In this document: positions 25,943 through 36,285 of the stretch, one piece after another
Layout: each line of letters begins with the position of its first letter
How positions within the stretch are numbered: position 1 is the stretch's first letter
Source: Enoplolaimus lenunculus
Lineage: Eukaryota
Reading direction: 5' to 3'
DNA: 64,000 bases
Assembly: GCA_030248215.1 (NCBI GenBank)
Contig: JASANG010003345.1
Coordinates: forward strand, 434,001-498,000
Notes under the pieces: generated by a model
Seen by the model: only the letters and a program-made list of their open reading frames with translations
The model's database searches: none
Told to the model about the DNA's origin: nothing
Position numbers and translations under genes: made by a program

Positions 25943-28900
25943 AGGACGCTTAAACTTTAGACCAAGGCATGGGCTTGATCCCATCAAAAAACTGCTGTAA
26001 ACATGAGATGGAAAGGGTATTTGAATCTTCATAAACAGTAACCATCCACGAAACATAGAATAACTAAATGAATATACTGTCTAAATACAAGTACCGTGCA
26101 AAAGATGTAAACCAATAACAAGATTCAATTCATATATTATGCTTTTATACGCCTTTTCTCACAATTTTTGAAGTGTTTAGATTTTGGCATTAATTAAGCT
26201 TAAACTTTGGTATGTTTAAACAAATGCCACGTAGGATGTAGCTTAACCTTATAATTTCATTTTTATTGCATCTTTTTTTTCATTTTTCCTGAATTAGAAA
26301 GTTACAAATTAACGTCTCTGTTTATTTTAGAACATTTATACCTACATATTAGATGTAAAATTTGCAGCTGATGATTTTGTCAATCACAACTGTATTTGAA
26401 TAATCACTCTCTTACTGTGATACTTGGTCATATTATTAACTCAAAGTTCACAATTATCTTCCATTAATATAATGAAAAGCACTTTTTAATGAACCAATCG
26501 TAAAATTACTGAATTAGCAGCCATAAACGCCCGTCTTTAATAACACTAAAAAACTGGAAACTGAAAGGTGACAAAAAACAACTCCATAACGAAAACGTCG
26601 GCTCAGAGCACGGTTCAAAAACGCTAACGGAAGCTAAAAAATCTTCAAGAAGAGCATTCGGATTTTTTACACCACTTACACACAACGCTTAAACTATTCT
26701 TCTGAAGGGCTAAAATTTCCCATATGGTGACTGAGCCCCTTTTATGGCCATCCCGAGTGAAAGGCCCCAATTGAACTTATTTACATATTAACAACGTCAA
26801 CTAATACTGATCGATGATTCGCCTTTTACAGTTCAGGTAGGCCAATGTCACTTTTAGGGGCGTTACGGTGATAAGCATACCCTTAAGCCTGAGTCTCAGT
26901 ATAAGGATAAGCTTATAAACGTATAAACTTTAAGCGGAAAACTTACGTCTGTAGCGTAACTTTCTATAGGAGTCTAGCGGAAAAAAAACGGCACGCCCCT
27001 CAAGGTATTCACATGATACAAAGTATTGCACCTCTGAAACTGTTGAAGAGGCAAATCCAAAAAAAAGTTAGCAATATTGCGAGAAAGATCAAAAAAACTT
27101 TTTGTCACAAGCTGTCTAAAAACTTGTTTATGACGCTTGAAAGCTTCACTGCGCGGACAAGAAATACCATTTCCGCAGACAGCGAATCTAAAGATTTGAT
27201 TTGGGTTAGTGACGACTAATTTAATGCCACTTGTTAATTGCTTTCAGGCCAATGTTACATTTAGGGCCGTAACTGTATAGATTAAAGCATATTCCTAAGT
27301 CTAAGCGTGAGCCTTAGCGTTGTAAAAAGTGTAAACTATAAAATAAGCATTGTAAATAGTAGAAACCTCGCGCCCGCACCCAAGGGGGGAGGGGCAGGGG
27401 GGCTCAACGCCCCCTGGAAAATTTTGGGCCCTCTACAAAGTTTTCCACCTTGCTTGTAACTCATCGAAAACCCTTGAACGCCCCTCCTGACAAATTTTAG
27501 CCCCCCCATAGCAAGGTGGACTGGCTACGGACCTGATAAGGCTATACCAAAGCCTAAGACTGCGCCTTAGCCTAAGTAATACGCAGTCTAAAATCGAAAC
27601 CTACACTTTTGCAGTTCGCACTAGAAAACAGAATGGCACTTAAAGTAAACATGGGCTAGGTATCACAACAACGTATCGCTATCATTACGTCCGCTGATCA
27701 TTCTACGCATGAATTATGAGTTTGAAAATTCCGTTTTTTGAGGTCATCTTATTTTTATGGCGCATACATTTATGCAATTCTGACTAAAGTCTGTTTTGGT
27801 CACCTTGGGGCTTTGACTCTTGTTTTCATTAACGGCAAAAATAACAAAAACACTCTAAGTGTGGATAGATTAAGTGTTTGCTTTGCTTGACGCGCGGTGA
27901 CCGTATATTTTACTATGACGCTAATTACTTGCTTAAGATATGATTTTACAAGCTGTGTGCTGCGCAGTTCCTTTGTAAAAGGATTATGCACTGTTACATA
28001 TATGGTATGGAGGAAACAAAGGGTAAAAATCCTTGTTTAGGAGCGAACAAAAAGTTCCACAATCTACATACCATTGGACGAAATTTGGCGTGCTGAGTCA
28101 AGCCGGGAGCCAAATGTAGTTAATATTATCGCAACGCAACTTAGAACCAGTTATCAAATAACTGTTTGCCAATTAACACAGCAACACAAACTGTATGATA
28201 TTCAAGAAATATTGTCTGAAATTTAACACTGAGTCCCGTTTGATTTCTTATGCGATTTTTTTAAAATCTTTATTTTAATAGATTTTTCAATTTTTAATAC
28301 AAGCAATAACAGATGATAACCTTTTGTTCGTGTATCATAGTCAGAATATCGCTAAGGAAATTGAAGGTATTTACCACTTTTTTACCTTGACAATTGCAGA
28401 TTTGGATCGGTGGTCCTTCACGCACCCATAAGTCTAACAGATTTATAAAGTTAACAATAATTTCATAATTCCTGTGCCCAAATTCTCGAATCTGTGTACT
28501 GTAGCGACCCAAATAAGAAGAGGCAGTATATTTATTTTGCCTCTCCAGAATACACCACCTGTTATTCGTTACATACTGTTGTTTATTCTTAACTCACTCA
28601 ATGTTAGTCCCAACATCCTTTTTATATTGTTTCTTTCGAGCAGAACTGACTTGCTCGGTTTGCCTGAGTATATGTTGCATGTTTGAGCAGTCTAGACTAT
28701 TCTTCTGCTTTGTTCTCTTTTATGCGCTCTAATTAAGGATACAGACGTTATTCCGGTCACTACAGTAGCAACTATCACCAGTCGTTGAAGTCTTCAAATT
28801 TCCGGCTCAGCAGATGGAAAATTTGAACGTTTGAAGCATTTTACGCATTTTTGGTCCTGGTTGTGACGCGAGTTTGGCTTTTGTAACTGTCGTAGTTAGG

Positions 28901-30597
28901 TGTTTTGAAAGCTGATTACTAACTGGTAATAGGTGTTACGCAGTTTTGAGAATATCGGATTGGTTCAAACAAAAATTCTTTCAACATTTTGTCTATTGTT
29001 TTGAAACTTGTCAGTTAAATACTCTATCCGCTGGGGATCAGTGTTACTGATGGACCTGCACCCTGGAAGGCGTAGGATTATAATTAAGCTTTGGTTTAGG
29101 ATTAGGTTTGGTCTTTAGTATACGTACTACAATGTAATTTTGAGTGAGTTGATTTTAACACATAATGAGTTGAATACACTCAGAGGTCTGAGCTCTGAAA
29201 TATGTATTTCAGAACTCATAAAATTCTGAATTGATTGAACTCATTCTGAGTTAATTAATCAATTACTAAAAATTAAATCAGCTCAGAATGCGTTAATGTT
29301 TATCGTTATTACCTTACAAATAACCAGAAATAACTATTAATTATCTCTCTCTCAGTTGATTAATCAACTCATCGAAATTTGCAGTGTAGGCAGGCCTTTT
29401 CAATTAAACATCGCCATTGCTTTTAAGGCTGCTTAGAGTACCAAAATAGCAAGCACTGAAAGAAACCAAAAATGTCTTCCTTTTCGGTGAGTTCTATTTT
29501 ATTTTCAATTTATATTTAAAGGCGTGGTGACAGACGTATATCTTTTGCCTAAAAACAAGACGCGTATAACATTATTCTGCTCTGCTTTTTCAAATCATTA
29601 ATGATCATGCTTTCATTGACTAAAAATCTCTAAAATAAACCGCATAATTTTACTAGCCTACTCTGTTTTAGATAAACAAATGATGTAAAAAACAAGCTTT
29701 ACCTGCTAATTTTACTTAACCATCTTTGTGCTTTTAATATGAGCACAGGAACTGCTGACGGATAAACCAATATTGGTGAGGGGCATAAGATTTTTTAAGT
29801 CGAAATAATAGTCAAAATGTGGTTATTTAGGAAATTTCATACTGGATTTTTGTAGATTTTATTCTTAGAGTTCAAAGTAAATATAAATTTTAGATAGTTG
29901 ATTTTAGCAATTGCACCGAAGCGGCAAACTCTTTCGCCACTTTGTCAAATAAAGTACTTGTTCATTTTGCTTCCACATTAATGTTAATTAAGTGGAAGAC
30001 AAAATCGCTCCCACCAAGCCTAATTCTTGGATTTACTTTTGGGCAGCAAGCACTGCTAATATTAAAAATGTTGCTTTATTAATAAATTCCAATAGGAGAA
30101 TACATCCTTATCCCTCTGAATGCATCAGTAATAATATTTTTGAAACTAAAACTAAACAATAAGGATTAAAAAATTTATATACTATATACCAGGGTCTGAG
30201 CATTTCTGGTCTCTTTTAACCACGGGTTTATAGTTCCAACCCTACAAACCAGGCCCGTAGCCAGCTATCACTGCTAAGCGGGAGCTAAAATATTTTCAGG
30301 AGAGACATACAAGGGTTTTCGTTGACTTACAAACGAATTAAAATTAGCAAACACGGTTTTATGCACATTATGTGCTGTTTGTGTGATACAAAGGACGTCG
30401 GTGTAGAATATATACCTGGACCATTGCGTTACGTTATATATGGGTAGACATATTTAAGGTTTTAACTGGATTATCGGTCTGCACATTTCTATATGAATCC
30501 CGAAAAACACACCTTTGCAATAGCAAAACCCAAATAAGAGGAGTAATAAGAAGGGTCAGAAAGGGGAGTTCTTATTTAGAAGCCAATTCAATAAGTA

Positions 30598-31039
30598 GGT
30601 ACGACTGCCATGTGCATCCCATGCTTCTCTGTACATTGTGACGTGTACGTATGACGTGTTGAACAAATAAACAAACACGTCAATACAGTCAAACAACCAA
30701 TGATAGATCTGCAACACATGATTTGTAGCAGTCTCAACAAATAGGATTGCGGCACGTATGCGGTTACTTGGAACAACCATTAAGAATGCTGCAACACTAA
30801 ATCAAGCAGCAACCAATAATCGTTATCTTCTAGAATGATCCGTGAGGGCTATAAAAGTCCAGTAAAAACTTTGACATTAGTTAGTGTTTCGTTTTTCGTT
30901 TATTCGCAATTGTTGCTTTACCATCGTCGTTTGTTTCAATAAAATCCTTGTTTCATTCAACTGTTCGTTTCGTTCCGGTTTACGACTTACAGGTCTTGTT
31001 TCATTCAACTGTTCGTTTCATTCCGGTTTACGACTTACA
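30598..31039 (+). repeat. LTR 1 (442 bp; first base G instead of T)
   Basis: Matches LTR2/LTR3; TATAAAA 30850-30856, TTAGT Inr-like motif about 30877-30885, AATAAA 30938-30943, ends TTACA. Confidence 0.95.
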
Positions 31040-32461
31040 ATGGTGACCCCGACTAGGAACCGTCAACATTTGTTTAGCGCCGCCCCAGTGTTTTTCTCAA
31101 TCCTGGTTTCCGTGTTATCCGCGCTCGAGTTGCGTTCCGTTTCTTCGATCCACGCTGATCCCTCGACTGTTCGGGAACACTATGCCGAGTTACCGTGGGT
31201 CGTTACTCCGCCCCGCTATGCCTCGAGTTCAAGGGTATTCATGGTATCAATCGCAATCGGATTTTCCATCCGCGGAGTCCATGGCCTCGACAATCGTCAA
31301 GCCACGAGTTTACGGGTCCTCCTGTTGATCGGGTGCGTCGAACCGAACCCTGGCCCAGTCAATCTCTCACATCAAACGAAGGAAACGTTGGCGGGTATGC
31401 TCCGGGTACTACATGCGAGCGATCCATCATTCGCGGTCTCCGGAACAAAGGACGACATCATCACAATGCTGAGCCCACATGGCCCCGATATCCTGCAGTT
31501 GGCATTCAATCAGGTCTCGATGGCGCATGTACAAGCCGCGTCCGTGCCGGCAGGTGGGCAACCGGGTCCAAACGGAATCGCTCAAGCGGGTTCGGGTGAC
31601 ACGATTCAATTCCATCGATTGCCGCAATTCAACCCAAAGACGCCCCAATGTTGGTTCAATCAAGTCGAACAAGTCCTCGGGGCAATCGACGATGACGTCA
31701 AGAAGCGAAACATACTACGGGTGATCGACAACGGTATGATTCACGAGTCAGGTGTCAACCTCAATGGGTCTTATGCCGAGATCAAACGAACCCTCATCGA
31801 GTTTTATGCCGACAGCGACAATCGAAGGCTGCGCAAGCTTTTAGAAGAAAAAGACCTCAAAGGCCGCAAGCCCTCAAGTGCCCTCCGGGAACTGCTGGAA
31901 CTGGCCCCAAACAGCCCCGAATTGGTCCGTCTACGCTTCCTCGAGATTCTTCCGGAACAAATCCGGCTCACCCTCGTATCAATGGACAGCGTTTCGCTTG
32001 ACCAACTCGCACGAATCGCTGATGCAATGCTGGATATGGCCGATCCAAATCTGGTCAACCATATCAACCGTGAGCCCCAGTCATCATCAACCACATATGG
32101 GTTATGGCAATCCCCAACCTCGAACACAACCGGGTCCTGGAAAGCCTCATCCTCAACCGCATCCGGGTCTTGGCAATCCTCAATCGAAAAGCAGATCGCC
32201 GACTTGACAAAGGCCGTCCGCCAACTAACGAACAGAGATCGCTCCCGCGGTCGCAATTCACGGGTTCGGGCGAATGATCAAAACGGAGTCGGGTCACGCA
32301 ATAGTCAACGCCCCCATTCGAGGTCCCAATCGGCCAGACGTTCAAGCGGGTTGTGTTGGTATCACTTCAAATTTGGCGACGAAGCCCAGCGATGCCCCGG
32401 TGCCGGATTTTGCTCATACGACGGACAGTCTTCAAGCAATGCCGCGTCGGGAAACGGATAG
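31040..32461 (+). CDS. gag: Gag, unit 1, with N-terminal leader and 2A-like motif (start uncertain: ATG 31040 or 31241; frame open from 30881)
   Basis: LPQFNPKTPQCWFNQVE capsid-like N-terminal motif, KPS..LRELLELA motif, Arg/Ser-rich linker, CWYHFKFGDEAQRC..C zinc-knuckle variant. Confidence 0.9.
   Translation: MVTPTRNRQHLFSAAPVFFSILVSVLSALELRSVSSIHADPSTVREHYAELPWVVTPPRYASSSRVFMVSIAIGFSIRGVHGLDNRQATSLRVLLLIGCVEPNPGPVNLSHQTKETLAGMLRVLHASDPSFAVSGTKDDIITMLSPHGPDILQLAFNQVSMAHVQAASVPAGGQPGPNGIAQAGSGDTIQFHRLPQFNPKTPQCWFNQVEQVLGAIDDDVKKRNILRVIDNGMIHESGVNLNGSYAEIKRTLIEFYADSDNRRLRKLLEEKDLKGRKPSSALRELLELAPNSPELVRLRFLEILPEQIRLTLVSMDSVSLDQLARIADAMLDMADPNLVNHINREPQSSSTTYGLWQSPTSNTTGSWKASSSTASGSWQSSIEKQIADLTKAVRQLTNRDRSRGRNSRVRANDQNGVGSRNSQRPHSRSQSARRSSGLCWYHFKFGDEAQRCPGAGFCSYDGQSSSNAASGNG
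31041..31053 (+). promoter_or_regulatory. Primer-binding site complementary to tRNA-Trp 3' end (second copy 36287-36299)
   Basis: TGGTGACCCCGAC lies 1 nt after the LTR and has the same first 13 nt as the tRNA-Trp PBS of avian leukosis/sarcoma viruses. Confidence 0.88.
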
Positions 32462-32491
32462 ACCCCACCGCAAATTCAGATGGCGGTGGGG
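32449..32491 (+). promoter_or_regulatory. -1 ribosomal frameshift signal gag/pol (second copy 37695-37737)
   Basis: G_GGA_AAC slippery heptamer in the gag frame, 7-nt spacer, 9-bp stem CCCCACCGC/GCGGTGGGG; pol is in the -1 frame. Confidence 0.85.
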
Positions 32492-35400
32492 ACGTCAACT
32501 GCGTGTACATCGATGCTACCCCTGTCGGTCGTTTCATTGCCGATAGCGGGAGTGCCTTTTCCTTCATTCTGCCATCGATGGCGCTCAACATTCTACCTCT
32601 CCGTAATCAATCGTTCGGTGCGCATACCGCAAATGGGTCTCCCCTCAACATCAAGGGTACGTGCCGAATTCCATTCACGCTCCAGGGAATCCCGAAACCC
32701 TTCCAGTGAACGTTCTTTGTAGCCGATGTCACTAATCCTATCCTGAGTCGCGATTTCTTCCGCCGCAACGGGTTTGCTGTCGATTGCGTCAACAACCGCC
32801 TAATCACCGTATCTCCTACAATGCCCCAGCGTCCCACGTCATCTTTCGGTCCCACCGACGCAATGACGGTCAGCTGTGCGACGACTCAACCACCTTATCG
32901 AGTCAACATGCCTGAGCAACTTCCGACGGTCCAGCAGCTGTTCGCCGAGTTTCCGAACATCTTTAAACCGGTCGACGCCTTCGCTTCCGCCCGCCATAAC
33001 ATACAACATCATATCGTCACGGTGGGCCCACCCTGTTTCGAACGACCTCGTCGAATCGTCGGTGCGAAACTCGCTGTCGCAAAAAGGGTCTTCGCGGAAT
33101 GGGAAGCCAGTGGGGTCGTGTATCGAGGAGAATCACCTTACGCATCTGCCCTTCATATGGCTCCAAAGGCAGATCCAAAGACACCATGGCGACCTACGGG
33201 AGATTACAGGAAGCTTAACCGACAAACCGTGCCCGACCGGTACCCGATGCCGAACCTCAACGATTTGTCAGGCGATCTTCATGGGTCTGCGGTATTTTCA
33301 AAGCTCGATCTCGTTTGCGCGTACACCCAAATTCCGGTAGCTGTCAGTGATCAACCCAAGACTGCGGTAACAACTCCCTTCGGGCTTTTCCTTTTCCGGC
33401 GTATGTTTTTTGGATTTCGCAACGCCGCCCAAACGTTCCAACGTTTGATGGACTCGATATTTGCCGACGTTCCGTTCGTCAGGGTATATCTTGACGATAT
33501 TCTTGTGGCCAGCACCAATCCCGAGCAACATCTAGAACACCTTCGTTGTGTAATCAGCCGTCTGGATATGCATGGCCTCCGTCTGCGCCCCGACAAATGC
33601 TTGCTATTCAGCTCAAAGGTGCAGTTCCTTGGTGTTGAAATTGACAATACAGGAATCCGACCAATTCCCGACAAAGTCAAGTCAATAGCAGAGTTCAAGC
33701 GACCAGAAACACTTAAAGGTGTCCGTCGTTTTCTTGGAATGGCAGGGTTCTATCACCGATTTGTTCCCGGGTTCTCAAAAGTCGCCGCCCCGCTCACCGA
33801 TTTGACACGCGGAAAGAAGGATAAAGGCAACTATAAAATTGAATGGAACGCCGACGCCATCAACGCCTTTGACAAACTCAAAGTCGCTCTCTCAAATGCT
33901 GTAACGCTGATTCACCCGCACCCAAAGGCCCAAATTCAGTTGGTGACAGATGCATCGAGTGTCGCTGTGGGTGCAGTCCTGAATCAAACACACAATGGAG
34001 TTACCGAGCCGCTTGCCTTTTATTCCGAAAAGCTGTCTGAGCTGGAATCCCGCAAATCAGCATTCGATCGTGAATTACTGGCGATTTACAAAGCCCTAAA
34101 GCATTTCTCGTGGTTACATGGTTCCACATTTGTCATCCGGACGGATCACAAGCCCTTGGTTCATGCTCTCGCTATGGCAAACCCGTCAGCACAACAATCC
34201 AGGTGGTTATCCTTCATTTCGGAGTTTGGTTGCACAATCGAACATGTAGCTGGCGCGGACAATGTTGTTGCGGATGCCTTATCCCGGCCTGTGTGCTCAA
34301 TTTCGGCAGCGTTCGATAACAAACTGGCCGACGAACAAGCAGCGGACAAAGCTTTGATCACGTTCATCAACTCTACAACTCTTCCAATAAAACAACTTCT
34401 AGTCGACGGCAAAACAGTGTATTGCGACGCTTCGCGAGCCAAGCTACGTCCTTATGTTCCAACTACATCTCGATTTTCTGTATTTCAATCGATACATAAT
34501 CTGGCTCATCTCGGATCAAGGGCAACCCTTCATGAAGTCTCTGAACAGTACGTATGGCCAAGTATGAATCGCGATGTAAAACTTTGGTGCCGCGAATGCT
34601 TGGAATGTCAGCGTAACAAGGTGGGCCGTCATACGAAAACTCCAGTGGGCACAATTCCAACAACCGGACGCCTTCAGACGGTACACGTCGATATTGTGGG
34701 TCCTTTTCCTCCTTCAGGCGGATTCAGCTACATAGTGACAATGATCGACCGGTTCAGCCGACGGCCCGAAGCAGTTCCTGTTCCAGACATCACAACCGAA
34801 TCCGTTGCAACTGCATTAATTTCTGGATGGATCAGTCGTTTCGGAGTCCCTCGAACGATTATTACTGATCGTGGAACCCAATTCGAGTCATCCCTGTGGT
34901 CAGCACTGATGGAAAGTTTAGGAATCGAACGCCGTCGGACGACAGCATACCACCCAGCGAGCAACGGAGCTGTCGAACGTTTTCACCGCACACTGAAAAC
35001 GGGTCTTCGAGCTCACTGCACAACCCGCTCATGGACTACATCACTTCCCCTGGTACTCCTGGGAATCCGGTCGGGTCTCAACGACAAGGGTTTCACACCT
35101 TGCCAAATGGTTCTTGGTGCAAGCGTCGATCTACCACATCATTATTTCACACCGGATACCACAAACAATTATGCCAATGTAAATGATTTGATGTCCAAGC
35201 TTTTCTCGTCTATCACTCGACTAAATGCTCCAGAGCGAAAACATGCCGTTCCTTGTTACGTACCAGCTGAGCTGAAGACTGCCAGTCACGTATGGATTCG
35301 CGACGACACCATCAAAACTGCCTTGAAGCCGCGTTATAATGGCCCGTACGAAATCAAGAATCTTGGTGACAAAACCGTGGTTGTCTCCATCAAAGGGATT

Positions 35401-35499
35401 GATGAACGTATTAGTCTCGACCGCGTGAAGCCCGCTTTTCTACACATGGATATACAACAAACGACGACTCAAAATCCGACACCTTCAGCGCAGCATCCT

Positions 35500-35742
35500 G
35501 ATGGAGAAAGACTGGTCTTGGCTAAAGTCAGAAATTGGCCTCAATGGCCAGCGATAATCATCTCACCTGAATCAACACCGCTAGCGACCAGCAAACGCCC
35601 TCCGAACAGCCTCCCTGTCAAGTTCTTCGGCACCAATCGCCTGGCATTCGTCCCGATGTCTGCAATAATGCCTTTCCAGGACGACTCTACAGTAAAACGA
35701 AAAGATCTTCAACGTGCATACGCGCTAGCACAGCAACACATA
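35500..35742 (+). other. PWWP domain at the C-terminus of integrase
   Basis: LVLAKVRNWPQWPA...LPVKFFGTNRLAFV...I.PF...KRKDLQRA.ALA matches the PWWP (HDGF/LEDGF-like) pattern. Confidence 0.85.
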
Positions 35743-35827
35743 ACGCAGAGGCTACCGCATCCGAATATGGTCAAACAGGAGACAGTCCGTTTTCAAGATC
35801 CAATGGTAACATTATAGGGCTCCGCTT

Positions 35828-35839
35828 AAAACGAGGGGG
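35828..35839 (+). promoter_or_regulatory. Polypurine tract (second copy 40995-41006)
   Basis: AAAACGAGGGGG just upstream of LTR2 and LTR3. Confidence 0.75.
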
Positions 35840-35843
35840 CCTC

Positions 35844-36285
35844 TGTACGACTGCCATGTGCATCCCATGCTTCTCTGTACATTGTGACGTGTACGTATGA
35901 CGTGTTGAACAAATAAACAAACACGTCAATACAGTCAAACAACCAATGATAGATCTGCAACACATGATTTGTAGCAGTCTCAACAAATAGGATTGCGGCA
36001 CGTATGCGGTTACTTGGAACAACCATTAAGAATGCTGCAACACTAAATCAAGCAGCAACCAATAATCGTTATCTTCTAGAATGATCCGTGAGGGCTATAA
36101 AAGTCCAGTAAAAACTTTGACATTAGTTAGTGTTTCGTTTTTCGTTTATTCGCAATTGTTGCTTTACCATCCTCGTTTGTTTCAATAAAATCCTTGTTTC
36201 ATTCAACTGTTCGTTTCGTTCCGGTTTACGACTTACAGGTCTTGTTTCATTCAAGTGTTCGTTTCATTCCGGTTTACGACTTACA
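35844..36285 (+). repeat. LTR 2 (shared central LTR)
   Basis: TGTACG...TTACA, preceded by a PPT and followed by a PBS. Confidence 0.95.

Larger units (their letters stand above)
32449..35817 (+). pseudogene. pol: Pol, unit 1 (PR-RT-RNaseH-IN-PWWP) with a single premature TGA at 32707-32709; otherwise intact 998-aa ORF 32821-35817
   Basis: Protease FIADSGS, RT YLDD, RNase H TDAS/DRELL/TDH/ADALSR, integrase HHCC + D-D-E + GPY. TGA corresponds to TGG (Trp) in unit 2. Confidence 0.9.

Noticed and set aside
30556..30780. Minus-strand 62-83-aa ORFs repeated at each LTR
   Set aside because: They recur only because the LTRs are copies; no recognisable protein features.
32707..32709. TGA in pol as a programmed readthrough or selenocysteine codon
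   Set aside because: Unit 2 has TGG at the same site, so it is a point mutation or an error.
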